From contig NC_068992.1 of the NCBI RefSeq assembly GCF_001194135.2, positions 28,784,398-28,848,397 on the forward strand: a stretch of 64,000 nucleotides of DNA. Direction: 5' to 3'. The position numbers and the translations under genes were made by a program. Each line of letters opens with the position of its first letter. Positions within the stretch are counted from its first letter, which is position 1. Source of the stretch: Octopus bimaculoides. Its lineage: Eukaryota. This document shows, one piece after another, positions 1 through 13,941 of this stretch. The notes beneath the pieces were generated by a model. The model saw only the letters and a list, made by a program, of their open reading frames with translations, searched no databases and had not been told where the DNA came from.

Positions 1-556
1 ACACACACACTCTAGCCAAATCTGAGTTAAAAGCAATTGAGATAATGTTGAAAGCTTGAAGCAACTCCCACCACATTCACCCCGACTCCCCCACACACAC
101 TTCTAACAAGTAGTGACAATGCAGAATGCAGAAACAGACAGACCCACGCACAGATGCAGAGGTGATTGATGGATGGAAATGGATGGAGGAGATACATGTG
201 AGTGGTTGCCGGACAGCTAACTACATTCTTTCATCTCCATCATAAGTCAATAAGTAAGCTTCTACATGGTGTCCAACCAGCTAGAAATAGCAGCCAAATT
301 TCAATCGATTCATACTTTACTGCCCTGAAGAAAAAGGACATTTTGGATAATATAGACCAGCAAGCAACATTCTAGAAGAATAACAGATGGGATGAACACA
401 GTTGGAAATCATCCTTGATACTCTGGACCCATCTGTTGATGAGAAATTGCCCCGATATACCACGATGTCCGAAGCCTTTCAACTTTTTGAGCTTTATGTA
501 AAACTTCTGTTTGTTTTCTACACCACCTGTCTTCGTCTGTTATTTTTGTGAATTCT

Positions 557-594
<38 letters not shown>

Positions 595-1996
595 GTATAT
601 ATATATAAATGTATATATATATAAATGTATATATATATAAATATATATAGATAGATAGATATAGAGATATATATATGTATATATATGTGTATATGTGCGT
701 GTGTGTGTGTGTGTTTGTATGTCTAAGTTTGTCCCCCCAACATTGCTTGATAACTGATGCTGGTGTGTTTACGTCCCCATAACTTAGCGGTTCGGCAAAA
801 GAGACCGATAGAATAAGTACTAGGCTTACAAAGAATAAGTCCTGGGGTCGATTTGCTCGACTAAAAAGCAGTGCTCCAGCATAGCCACAGTCAAAATGAN
901 NNNNNNNNNNNNNNNNNNNNNNNNNNNNNNNNNNNNNNNNNNNNNNNNNNNNNNNNNNNNNNNNNNNNNNNNNNNNNNNNNNNNNNNNNNNNNNNNNNNN
1001 NNNNNNNNNNNNNNNNNNNNNNNNNNNNNNNNNNNNNNNNNNNNNNNNNNNNNNNNNNNNNNNNNNNNNNNNNNNNNNNNNNNNNNNNNNNNNNNNNNNN
1101 NNNNNNNNNNNNNNNNNNNNNNNNNNNNNNNNNNNNNNNNNNNNNNNNNNNNNNNNNNNNNNNNNNNNNNNNNNNNNNNNNNNNNNNNNNNNNNNNNNNN
1201 NNNNNNNNNNNNNNNNNNNNNNNNNNNNNNNNNNNNNNNNNNNNNNNNNNNNNNNNNNNNNNNNNNNNNNNNNNNNNNNNNNNNNNNNNNNNNNNNNNNN
1301 NNNNNNNNNNNNNNNNNNNNNNNNNNNNNNNNNNNNNNNNNNNNNNNNNNNNNNNNNNNNNNNNNNNNNNNNNNNNNNNNNNNNNNNNNNNNNNNNNNNN
1401 NNNNNNNNNNNNNNNNNNNNNNNNNNNNNNNNNNNNNNNNNNNNNNNNNNNNNNNNNNNNNNNNNNNNNNNNNNNNNNNNNNNNNNNNNNNNNNNNNNNN
1501 NNNNNNNNNNNNNNNNNNNNNNNNNNNNNNNNNNNNNNNNNNNNNNNNNNNNNNNNNNNNNNNNNNNNNNNNNNNNNNNNNNNNNNNNNNNNNNNNNNNN
1601 NNNNNNNNNNNNNNNNNNNNNNNNNNNNNNNNNNNNNNNNNNNNNNNNNNNNNNNNNNNNNNNNNNNNNNNNNNNNNNNNNNNNNNNNNNNNNNNNNNNN
1701 NNNNNNNNNNNNNNNNNNNNNNNNNNNNNNNNNNNNNNNNNNNNNNNNNNNNNNNNNNNNNNNNNNNNNATAAATAGATAGATAGATAGATATAATCAAA
1801 CTGAAGTTTTAGCCACTGTGTGCGCATGTGTATGCGTGTGTGGGTGGGTATGCATGCATATGTATTTTGTGTTTCATAAGATTGCAGAGCATGAAATTTA
1901 AGTAGTGGCCAAAAATCAGTTTAAATAATACATAAATACAACATAGTATTGAGAATTACCTTCTCTTTTAATTTATAAATTGTAATAAATGAATGA

Positions 1997-2046
<50 letters not shown>

Positions 2047-5000
2047 GGAAAGTGTATAAGAAGGATAAAAAAAGACAGAAAAATAGGGAGAGGCAGTATA
2101 TGTGGGCTATAATCTACAGCATATGTCAGAGAGCATTGCAGATGTGTATGCAGAAAACATGGTTACTATCAAGTGACAAGATATTGGTCCTTGACTAAAA
2201 AGCACTTGAGGGTTCCTATAAACAATAGCTGTTGTTTGCTTTCTAAATCAACCCTGACCCATTCTCAAAGGTACTCCTGCTGTAACCCCCTATAAATTTT
2301 CTTTAGGTTATATTTTATCCTATATACAAGATTAAATGTATCTTTTGATTTTAACCATGATAGGTTGTGAATTGAGGTAGAATCGGCTGCTATTCTGAAA
2401 TAAGTCATTTGAATTTGTATAAGAAACTTTTGGGTGCCTGTGAACTATTTTGCAAAGAAACAGTGCCTTTAACAATGGTCACAGATCAGTGACCCTGACT
2501 TTCCTCATCAGAGGGCTCAATAAAATAAATATCTGAAAATGGAATGAGATTGATATAATCAACTATGAAGTTTTGGTCCCTGCATGACCACAGTCCAATA
2601 ATTAAACACTCACTGAACATTGCCTCATATCTGTTTCACTGCATGAAAAAGTCATAAGAAGGAAACATGGCCACTGTTACCTCTCATATTAGCCAAAATA
2701 ATAAGGATTTCAAATTATGGTAAAGGCTAACAACTTCAAGGGAAGGTGTAAGCTGATTACATCAACCCAAGTGCTCAACTGGTACTTATTTTATCAACCC
2801 CCAAAAGGCAGTCAACCTCAATGGATTAATAATAATATTGGTTTCAACTTGTGGTACAAGGTCAGCAATTTCAAGGAAGGGAGTAAATCAATTACAACAA
2901 CCCAGTGCTTTACTGATAGTTATTTTATTGACCCCAAAAGGATGAAAGGTAGAGCCAACCTTGACGGAATTTGAACTAAGAATGTAAAGACAGACGAAAT
3001 GCCACTAAGCATTTTGCCCAGCATGCTAACAATTCTGCCAGCTCAATGCAACAACAACAACAATGATAATAATAATAATTCTAGTGAAGTACAAATATTT
3101 TATTACTTTTTCCCCCCTCACTACATAATTACTTCTGGTTAGCATTCCTTCCATTAACTTAATAATTGCTTATCATTCATATGATATTGTTTATTTACAA
3201 AACAAACTTATTTTTTCTTATGTCAACCAAATGCACAAATTTGTACATTTATTTAGTGATTTTCCTATCACTATTTTGCTAAGTATAGCAAAATGTATTT
3301 TTCACTAAAGATGCAGCCTGTGCTATATGCTCATCAAAATAATTATCATAAAATAATATCAGTCACTAATTGGGTTTTTCCCTTCACTACATAAATTATT
3401 TCTCATTAACATTTTTACATGACACTGGTGACCTTGCCAATGTTAGTGCCACGTAAAAAGCATCCAGTACACACTGTTAAGTGGTTGGCATTAGAAAGAG
3501 TATCCAGCTGTAGAAACCATGGCAAAACAGACAGCAGAGTTTAGCGCAGCCTTCTGACTTACTAGTTCTGGTCAAACTGTCCAGCCTATGCCAGCATGGA
3601 AAACAGATACTAAATGATGGTGATGATTTCTTGGATTGAACATTAACTTCACCATTATTTTTCATTAACACTTTATGCTCCCTGAATAAAATATGTTAAC
3701 ACTAACTTAACTGTTATTTCCATTTTTTAATGCTTTTTGTATTGAATATGTTAACACTAAGTTAACTATAACTTATGATTCACTCTTTAATAGTTTTTGC
3801 ATTAACCCTTTAGCATTTAAATTGACCATATGCAACCAAAATATTCTACAGGTTTAATGTTCAAACTGGCCAGATCTGACATCTCACACCTATCCTACAA
3901 TATCATTTTGAACATAAGCAATCACATCATTGAAATCTCAAGGTTACAAGATAATGCAGGATAAATTCAAAAAGATTGTGAATAAATACACATTACAGCA
4001 GAGTAACATGAACACTTAAAGAGTTAAATATATCAACACTTGAAATACAGGGTGACAGTGTTTAGCAGTGATGTGTATAAATACAAGGTTAGTGAGGCAT
4101 ATTCGAACCTATAAGAAAGCCATGCACTGTATTTTGTCATGGAAAAATTTTCTTACTTTTGACAAGTATTTATATCTAGTTGTCTCCAACATATTTGAAC
4201 AGGCAACATACTTGTATTAACAGGTAACAAGTTTGTATGATCTCAATACAGCCAGGAGGAAGAGGATGAAGTGTGTCCATCACCCTTTTCAAGGCATCCA
4301 AAAAGCATGAAGAACCTCAATGAGGCATGAAGAATATAATGTTTTATTTCACTGGTTCTCAACTGGGGTCCACACAAAATTTTGCTGTTAACATTTATGT
4401 GCAATAAATTGGTCTTACTTCTACAATACACAAAATATTTTAACACTTTTTTTTTTTTTATACAATTTCTAATAATATTCAATTATAAAAATATAATGGG
4501 AGTTTTTTAAACATCGAATGTTTATTACGACTCGGTAGAGTAAAACAGAAATCAAAGTGGTCCATAGGCAAAATATGGTTGAGAGCCACTGCTATATTCA
4601 GAGATACTTTAAAACATATTCTTTTACTTGTTTCAGTCATTAGACAGTGGCCATGCTGGGGCACCACCTTGAATTTTTAGTTGAACGAATCAACCCAAGT
4701 ACTGAATTTTTTTAAAAGCCTGGTGCTTATTCTATTGAACTCTTTTGCTGAACCACTAAGTTACAGGGGACAAAGACACACATAAATATATACATACACA
4801 CACTCACACACATATATATATATATGATGGGCTTCTTTCAGTTTCCATCTACCATATCCACTCACAAGGCTTTGGTCAGTCTGAGGCTATAGTAGAAGAC
4901 ACTTGCCCAAGGTGACAATGCAGTGGGACTGAACCTGGAACCATTTGGTTGGGAAGCAAACAATTCCTAATAATATTCAATTATAAAAATACTATGTAGA

Positions 5001-5439
5001 TTAAAATAAAAACCAAATGGGTCCATAGGCAAAAATGGTTGAGAAGCACTGCTTTATTCAGAGATACCCAAAACATACGCTGATGGAATATGAACTTATG
5101 ACCCAAGAATAACCAGTAGATCAGGTCATTTTGTGTGTACACACAGACAGACTCACAGACCTACAGTCAGAAGTAATAAGATTCAAACATGTTTATTGCT
5201 GTACCAGAGAGCTTTGTATCTCAAATCATCCACCCACCAGAATTGTCTGAAGAGGTCAGAAGAGTTGTGATGTGTGCTTGTGTAAATAAGAGATAATTAA
5301 AACAATCCCTTTTTCCTCCCACTTATCACATCACATTTTACACACACAAATATGTGTGTATGTACACATCGATACAATAACAGACACAAAAAGTAAACTC
5401 ATGCAATAACACACACATATATATATATACACACACATA

Positions 5440-6235
5440 TATACACACATGCATACAACCCTATAATCACGCACACACACACAGACATACACACATGCAT
5501 ACAACCATATAATCACGCACACACAGACATACACACATACATACATACAACCATATAATCACACACACACAGACATACACACATGCATACAACCATATAA
5601 TCACACACACACACATGCATACAACCATATAATCACACACACACAGACATACACACATGCATACAACCATATAATCACATACACACATACATACAACCAT
5701 ATAATCACACACACACNNNNNNNNNNNNNNNNNNNNNNNNNNNNNNNNNNNNNNNNNNNNNNNNNNNNNNNNNNNNNNNNNNNNNNNNNNNNNNNNNNNN
5801 NNNNNNNNNNNNNNNNNNNNNNNNNNNNNNNNNNNNNNNNNNNNNNNNNNNNNNNNNNNNNNNNNNNNNNNNNNNNNNNNNNNNNNNNNNNNNNNNNNNN
5901 NNNNNNNNNNNNNNNNNNNNNNNNNNNNNNNNNNNNNNNNNNNNNNNNNNNNNNNNNNNNNNNNNNNNNNNNNNNNNNNNNNNNNNNNNNNNNNNNNNNN
6001 NNNNNNNNNNNNNNNNNNNNGCATACAACCATATAATCACATACACACATACATACAACCATATAGTCACACACACACAGACATACACACATACATACAA
6101 CCATATAATCACATACACACATGCATACAACCATATAATCACACACACACAGACATACACACATACATACAACCATATAATCACACACACACAGACATAC
6201 AAACAACCATACAATCACATACACACACAGACATA
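5440..6235. repeat. Minisatellite, ~24-40-bp units built on CATACAACCATATAATCAC plus (AC)n
   Basis: More than 12 visible units on both sides of the 5717-6020 gap. Confidence 0.95.
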
Positions 6236-6659
6236 TACAAACAAGAATCATGCACAAGCACAAAGAAGTGCATCAAATACACAGATATAGATACCACACT
6301 GACACAGAAAGGCAATAACACACACAAGCACACACACACACAGAAATACACAATAACTCAAATGAAGTTATTTTACACCGAGCTGTTCTACTGAAAGCAC
6401 ACGATAATAAATAAAAAAACTGTTTTCCAACAGGTAACATATGTTGCAAACATTATAAAGAGAACTGGCCAGGAAGTAAATTTAAACACAATGCAAAACA
6501 AATATCAATAGTTGTTGTTCTCATAGCACCAGCTTAGTTGGAACACAATCCCCCAGTCCCGTTTACAATCATATATTTGTATCAACATTCAACACTTTTA
6601 AAAAACAGAAAAACAAAACGCTTACATGTAAATATATGTGTGCATACACATGTAACACA

Positions 6660-7085
6660 TACACGCTTGCATGGCTGTGTAGTAAGAAGCTTGCTTCCCA
6701 ACCACATTCTGGGTTCAAATCTCACTCAAGTCAACTTTGTCTTTAATCTTTCTGGCTCTTGTGTGGGGTTGTTGTAGGATTTTCGAGCGAGATCGTTGCT
6801 GGTGCCCCTGGACTGGCTCTTGTGCGAGTGACACATGAGGTTTCTCGAGCGAGATGAGCGTGGCTGTTGCCAGTACCGCCTGACTGGCCTTCATGCGGGT
6901 GACACGTAAAAGCACCCACTACACTCTCTGAGTGGTTGGCGTTAGGAAGGGCATCCAGCTGTAGAAACACTGCCAAAACAGATTGGAGCCTGGTGTAGCC
7001 ATCTGGTCTCACCAGTCCTCAGTCAAATCGTCCAACCCATGCTAGCATGGAAAGCGGACGTTAAACGACGACGACGACGACTAGT
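6660..7085 (+). mobile_element. SINE with RTE-type tail (CCAACCCATGCTAGCATGGAAAGCGGACGTTAAAC(GAT)n) and internal tandem units
   Basis: The shared tail also occurs at ~3420-3630, 14020-14235, 21455-21620, 35200-35425, 37360-37690, 44690-45110, 45340-45520 and 63420-63750. Confidence 0.8.
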
Positions 7086-7621
7086 GCTAACACTCCCCTA
7101 GTTCTGACATCATGTAATGATTCTAAACAAGCATCACCGTCATACAAGCAAAGTTGTTTGTTTCCTGTCTACTATGGGAAACATGTCAGGCCATGGGAAA
7201 TGTTACCTTGCGTGGAAATAGATGGGGGTTGGCAACAGAAAGGGCATCTGACAGTAGAATATCTGCTTCAACAAATTCCGTCTGAACCATCCAATTATGG
7301 AAAAGTGGAGAGTAAATGATGACAATGGTGATGATGAAGTAGAAGAGTTGATGCCATTGGTAAATATCCTTGAAATGGGTACACCAGCATTACCATAGTC
7401 CAATGAATGGAACCAGGAAACGATTTAAAAATGAATGCCTGTGTGTTGCACGTATGCGCGCACACACTGGCATAGAATCCAGTATTTGTGTGTGGAGTAA
7501 ATTATAGAAACAATTATGAAAGAGTAAAATAGAGATAATGACATTGGTGATATAGAGAGAGACACAGATAAAGTCAATCTGATGGTAGAAGTATGAATAA
7601 TTAGGTTACACAGAGAGAGAC

Positions 7622-7655
<34 letters not shown>

Positions 7656-8062
7656 CACAAGGAGAGAAAGTGAAAAATAGGTAATATAACATAGCGGTCA
7701 ATTTGTAGGTGTAGGATCAATGAGACAATAAGATGAACTCTGAAAGTGTAATTAGGTAATCAAGACAGTCACACCATCTGTCTAATCACACTAACTGTTT
7801 CTATCAGACGTTTTCACACACATTATCTTTCCTGCTATCTATCTTAATACATATTGGAGTGTTTCTTAATGATTATGAAAGTGACAGTGAGTAATTAACA
7901 ATCTTTCCTTAAGTATACTTTTCTAAACTATAATACTGGAATGAAGATTGTCAATTTCACTCTCTCACTGGATTTGCTTAGTGCAAGGTCTTGTGTGTAT
8001 GTAATATGTAAGTATGTATTGATTTGTATGCACATAAGTGCATGTGTGAAATTTCTACAATA

Positions 8063-8447
8063 GGTTGTTGGCACTCCGTCGCTTACGACGTCAAGGGTTC
8101 CAGTTGAACCGATCAATGGAACAGCCTGCTCGTGAAATTAACGTGCAAGTGGCTGAGCACTCCACAGACACGTGTACCTTTAACGTAATTCTCGGGGATA
8201 TTCAGCTTGACACAGTGTGACAAGGCTGACCCTTTGAATTACAGGCACAACAGAAACAGGAAGTAAGAGTGAGAGAAAGTTGTGGTGAAAGAGTTCAGCA
8301 GGGTTCGCCACCATCCCATGCCAGAGCCTCATGGAGCTTTAGGTGTTTTCACTCAATAAACACTCACAACGCCTGGTCTGGGAATCAAAACCGCGATCTT
8401 ATGACCACGAGTCCGCTGCCCTAACCACTGGGCCATTGCGCCTCCAC
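8063..8447 (-). mobile_element. Young tRNA-derived SINE (GGAGGCGCAATGGCCCAGTGGTTAGG head)
   Basis: A/B-box head and 10-bp TSD TTCTACAATA (8053-8062, 8448-8457). Confidence 0.9.
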
Positions 8448-8519
8448 TTCTACAATATGAGAGAACCAACAAACAAAAATAATGACTGACACAACCTTTT
8501 ATATTAAGAGATCTTTTGT

Positions 8520-8905
8520 TTTTTACTTGTTTCAGTCATTAGAATGCCACCATGCTGGGGCACCACTTTCAAAAATTTTTATGACAATAAATCAACTCCA
8601 CTATTTCATTTTTTTAAGCCTGGTACTTATTCTATCAGTCTCTTTTACCAAACTGCTAAGTTACAGGGACATAAACAAATCAACATCAGTTGTCAAGCAG
8701 CGGTGGGGGACAAATAGACACAAAGACACACACACACACACACACACACACAGCAGGCTTCTTTCAGTTTCCGTCTACTGAATCCACTCACAAGGTTTTG
8801 GTTTGTCTAAGGCAGTAGGAGAAAAAACTTGCCCAAGTTGCCATGCAGTGGGACTGAACCTGGAACCATGTGGTTGGGAAGCAAACTTCTTATCACACAG
8901 CCACG
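8520..8905 (-). mobile_element. Composite tRNA/CORE-like SINE with internal (CA/TA)n (representative)
   Basis: Head GGCTGTGTGGTAAGAAG..GGTTCAGTCCCACTG..CTTGGGCAAG, then a microsatellite, then a GTCCCCGTAACTTAGCGGTTCGGC-type tail. Other copies lie at ~700-899, 4620-4960, 21850-22215, 24810-25030, 27470-27680, 30190-30570, 31030-31430 and 32815-33330. Confidence 0.8.
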
Positions 8906-9098
8906 CCTGTGCCTACGTTTAGAATCTTTTGTTATGTTCTTATCATACTTCCCCAACTGCTACAAATGTCTCTATGCAGGTTATCTATGTTCACATTGCC
9001 AGATATTAGCCAGAAACCACAGTATGAGAGTAATTACAGTCATTAAACAAATTATACCTAACAAGACTCTGCAAGTGTGCATACCAAGTACTTTAGAG

Positions 9099-9357
9099 CA
9101 GGGGTTTTCAAACTGTGGTCCGTGGACCACAGGGGGTCCATGGACAGCAATTTGATTTTATATATGTTTTTTTAATCGAAATCTTTTAATTGACAATAAA
9201 CCTATTTGTTAAATACGGTTAAATAAATAAATGTAAAAATATATGTTATTTTAAGCAAATATTTATGTATAAATTTCATAAGCGTTTATAAGGGGGTCCC
9301 TAAGGTAAAGCCTGAAATATAAAGGGGTCCACAAGTCAAAAAGTTTGAAAACCCCTG
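9099..9357. mobile_element. hAT (Charlie-like) MITE
   Basis: 15-bp TIR CAGGGGTTTTCAAAC/GTTTGAAAACCCCTG with a perfect 8-bp TSD CTTTAGAG (9091-9098, 9358-9365). Confidence 0.95.
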
Positions 9358-11096
9358 CTTTAGAGTTAAACACAGAAAAAACATACTTCTACCCAATGTC
9401 TTTACACCATATATAAGGTATAAAAAATAGAGATAGAAATTTGGGATATATAACTTTTTAAATATGTTTTTATGTCACTAGATTACATTAATTACAAATT
9501 GTTCTTGTGTTGAGGAATTTTGTGTAACACAGAAGCATATTCCAAAGTAAATATTTTGTACAATAAAAAATAAAACAAGATTGAAATGGAAACATCTCTT
9601 AAGGATATTAATGCTTTAGCATTCAGATTATTCAATCAAATGTAATGTTTATTTATTCAGACTGTTTTGAATCATCGATGATGTAATTATTTAAATATTA
9701 GAATGGTATTGTTAGGGTAGATGTAGTTATTTTAATATTAGAATGGTATTGTTAGGGTGGATCTGGTCAGTTTGAATATAAAACAGATAAAATATTTGGG
9801 CCTACATATGGCTGGTTTGAATGCTCAAAGGTTAATGTATGTTTCTAACTTATAGGATATAACTACACTTAATCAAAAGCTTAATGGGAAGCAGTATATT
9901 CTATTACTGCTAGAAATATGACCCAACTGAGATTAAGTACTTGGTAATAATACAGCAGTACTAATACACTAATAATACATTCTCTACATTAACACTGGGT
10001 CAAGGCTGAGAATTGTATGAAAGATGTTGAATAGCTTCTTGAATGATTGATACTCATTTCATTGATCCCAGATTAATGAGATGCCAAACTGAACCCCCTG
10101 GTAGGATTTGAACTTCATTCTTTTAGTGCGTGAAATAAAAGAATGCCTAATTTACGATTATTTTGTAATGTTGTCAGCTATTGGAAATAATAGTATTAAA
10201 TGATTTCAATAGAGTGCAATCAATTAAGACCACTTCAATATTTGGCTGTGGAACTGCAGAAAGATAAAAAACAAAAGTTAACTCTGGCATGAATTGATCT
10301 CAGCACCTAAAGGGATGTAACTACCAATCCATTGCCTTTTGTTTGAGTCAATTACATCGACCCCAGTGTTCAACTGGTACTTATTTTTATTGACTCCAAA
10401 AGGATGAAAGGTAAATTCGATCTCGGCAGAAATTGAACTCAGAACGGAGAGAAGGGCAAAATGCCACTAAGCATTTTGTCCAGCATGCTAACAATTCTGC
10501 CAGCTCACCACCTTAATAATAATTTCAAAATCTGACACAAGGCCAGCAATTTTGGGGAAGCAGTCAAGTTGATTACATTGACCCCAATGCTCAACGGGCA
10601 TTTATTTCGTCGACTCCGAAAGGAAGAAAGGCCTTTCTCAGCAGAACTTGAACTCAGAACAAAAAGATGGACCAAATGCTGCTAAGCATTTTACTCAGAG
10701 TGCTCATGTTTCTTATTTCTTTACTGCCCACAAGGGGCTACACACAGAGGAGACAAACAAGGACAGACAAACGGATTAAGTTGATTATATCGACTCCAGT
10801 GCGTAACTGGTACTTATTTAATCGACCCCGAAAGGATGAAAGGCAAAGTTGACCTCGGTGGAATTTGAACTCAGAAAGTAGAGGCAGACGAAATACTGCT
10901 AAGCATTTCGCCCGACGTGCTAACGTTTCTGCCAGCTCACCCCTTCTGCCAGAGTGTTAATGATTCTGTCAGACTGCCACCTTATGCCAGTTCACTGCCT
11001 TAAACATAACAATAAACTAGCAACAGAGCTGCACAACAGACTCAAAAGCAGGTAGTCAAATACCTTATTCCCAGAAGCATATTCCTCTTTCTAATG

Positions 11097-11465
11097 CAGT
11101 GGTTCTCAATCATTTTTTATCTATGCATCCCTTTCATTACTATTCTATTCTGGTGGACCCCCATAGCAATTCCATGTTTAAAAACCAGTTTTATAGATTT
11201 TTCTTTCACAGTTTTGTATTTTGTTTATCACACATTCACTTGTGTAAACTTGCAATTACATTCATGGAAAGAACATTTCAGAGACTTGAAACAAGTTGAA
11301 CTGTGTAAAACGTTAGAGAAAGAAACCATGCCGTTTCTTGCAATAAATACATCTCAAGCAAAATTTATTCAGGGACCCTCAGAATACTACTGTGGATCCC
11401 CAGTTTACCATTTTATTTGCATGGACCCCAAAAATCTAATATAGACTCCCAATTGAGAATCATTG
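11097..11465. mobile_element. hAT MITE
   Basis: TIR CAGTGGTTCTCAA/TTGAGAATCATTG, TSD TTCTAATG/TTCTAATA. A related copy lies at ~4350-4590. Confidence 0.8.
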
Positions 11466-12414
11466 TTCTAATATATCAAATGTGAAAATAGCATATTTAT
11501 CATCATCATCATCATTTGGTGTCCATTTTTCCATGATTGTATAGGTCAGACCAAATTTGCTGAGGCAGATTTTCTAGAGCTAGATACCCTTCCTGTCACC
11601 AACCCTCACTAGATTTCAAGCAAGACAATATTTTTCTCTAAACGAATGGAAACAAACAACCTTGCTTGATTGACACTGATGCTCATTTACAGACATCACG
11701 TGATGTCTAAGCAAGGGTGTACACACAGAAACAGGCTTCTTTCAGTTTCTGCCAAGCAAATCCACTCACAAGACTTTGGTTGGCTCAAGGTTGTAGTAAA
11801 ATACACTTACCCTAGTTGCAGTGTAATGGGACTGAACTCAAAACCAAATGTGTGGAAAGCAAGCTTCTTAACCACACAGCCACACCTATGCCTATTATTA
11901 AGAACAATTGTTTTGCAGCACTGAATATTCTATAATTGTCTTATACTGTTGTCATAATTACAAACAGTCGAATTATGACAAGAGTACAAGAGTCCCATTG
12001 CTCATGTGTTCTGGCAAGTAATAGAACAGCGTGCCATTTATTATAGAAGGTTGGAGGTGAAATAATTTTGTCAGTTGACAATTTCTCAAGTGAGAAATAC
12101 ATCTGTGGTTGGATATTGGTTCCTTAGAATTACAGATTATGTTTCAATGTTTTTTTGTTTTCTTTTTGTTCTAGTTACATGCCATCTGTTACCACTAATG
12201 AACAGAGAAAAGTCAACTAGTAAGGACATGGAGAGTAAAGTACTTTAGACAGAATCATGAGAACAGCAATTCTACCAAAAACAGCAAAACTCTTACATGC
12301 TTAACTTCACCAACACTGACTCTTGTAATAACAATGATGGGAAATAAATTCACTTATTTTTTTCATTGGTTTTAGACAATGAAACATGAGCATGCTAAAG
12401 CAAAATACAAATGT

Positions 12415-12660
12415 GCCAAGAGAAAAACTGGGCATAAGACACATCAAATGTTGTGTGCAGGAGAGAAGACTGTGTTGGTTGCAAATGAGTGAGTACAGCT
12501 GTATAAAGAAGTGTCAATCACTATACGTAGAAGGAACCTGTGGAAGAGGAAAACCTAGGAAGACATTGGACAAAGTGGTGAAGACTGTCTTCAAGATGTT
12601 GACGGGGAACCAAGGTGAATGGCAATATGCTGTGCTTGAGAAGAGCCATCCATTTCAGTA
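12415..12660 (+). mobile_element. RTE LINE 3' fragment
   Basis: Translates to KLGIRHIKCCVQERRL..EGTCGRGKPRKTLDKVV. Confidence 0.75.
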
Positions 12661-12895
12661 GAATTGAAGTTCTGTTAAGCCATCCCTCACAACTCTTCTA
12701 ACACCTACTCTTCCATCAATCTTCTATGTTACCCTATTTTTTTTTCACTTCTTCTCTGCATCAAACTCATTTCCTATCCCTAATCATCTGTCACACTATT
12801 TTCTGTTCTTCTATCCAATTGTCTCATATTCACCTTGGACCACATTTCTCTCTCTCTCTTTCTTTAGATGGGCAAGACATGTATTCACCTCTTAA

Positions 12896-13941
12896 ACCTT
12901 TAGTGTTCTGGTTAATCTGTCAAATGTATCAAATATAATACTCATTTGTTCACGTTATTTTGAATTATTCAGATTCAAGAAGAGTGTCCACAATATTTGC
13001 TTGCAACTTTGTTCGTTTTTTACATACAGATTTGAAACTTTATCCATGGGTGTTTATATACCAGTGGATTATTGCTATGTAACTTTAGCTGATCTTGCTG
13101 ATTAAATTTGACTTTTATGGGCAGGTAAATTTAATTAACAGCTGTAAAAGCAAAATCATTGTGGACAAACACTAAAATTGAAATTCTTAATGCATTTTAC
13201 CTATTTGATTTGTTACTAAAATTATCTCAGATGTCAACCGCCAACAATTTTGAATCTTTTCAAGATGGGGTACATCAATTTGAATTAATTAAAATACAGG
13301 TATAATCAGTACAAAACTCTTTTATTAGTCAATATACCATTGGCTATGTACTCTTATACAATTTAATGAATACATCTACATAACAATGCATCTAATAAAA
13401 ATGCTCATTAACAGGAAAGGCAAAGGTGAATACAGGAGTATAACATACTGAAAATGAATATGTATTTCTCACTTTAACATAATATTTGTAATAAAATGAA
13501 AGTAATATATAATAGTTTTACTATCAAACAACAAAATATAGTTATGCCATATTACTATCGTGAAACTGTCCAAACTACCTAAATGTCAATATGATTCAAC
13601 CAAAGACAAATCAGTTGTTTTCATTTATATTTTGTGAATCAAAATGAGTAAAACCTTTGAAGTCGGAACCACTACTTGCTGATACCATATCGTTAAAAAC
13701 TAAGGTAAACACTTCTCTTCAAATGTTGAAAAAAACTAAGAAGTCTCAAAAATTTCACCGTATTTTTACTTGAATAAAGGCAGGAAAGGCATTATCTCAA
13801 AGCTACGAGAATTCAATAATGTGATTTGTTTACTTTTTTAGTGATTTCATAGAGAAATCATATACGGTCAGATTTGGCTGGTTCAAACAAATGAAGGGGA
13901 TTATTTTTCAGCCAGTTATGGTCGGTTTAAACACTAAAAGG
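12896..13941. mobile_element. piggyBac-like non-autonomous element (~1 kb)
   Basis: TTAA on both sides, TIR (A)CCTTTAGTGTT/AACACTAAAAGG. Subterminal regions resemble the short TTAA MITE family. Confidence 0.75.

Noticed and set aside
430-560. Possible Penelope-type terminus with TTGATGA..GCCCCGA
   Set aside because: The core boxes are too degenerate to support a ribozyme or a family call.
826-1827. Long track ORFs here and at 34058-35083, 47513-48332, 27688-28444 and 43077-43640
   Set aside because: They are runs of N translated as X, not genes.
4240-4330. Acidic plus-strand stretch QEEEDEV after a CAG
   Set aside because: Short, wrong strand for FAM174, no donor and no recognisable homology.
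5440-6235. Regularly spaced repeats resembling a CRISPR array
   Set aside because: The spacers are not unique (AC runs), there are no cas genes and the context is eukaryotic.
5331-6263. Cys/Val/Tyr-rich ORFs suggesting a repetitive protein
   Set aside because: Translation of a CA-rich minisatellite, open in several frames. The same applies to 46956-47242 and 49486-49892.
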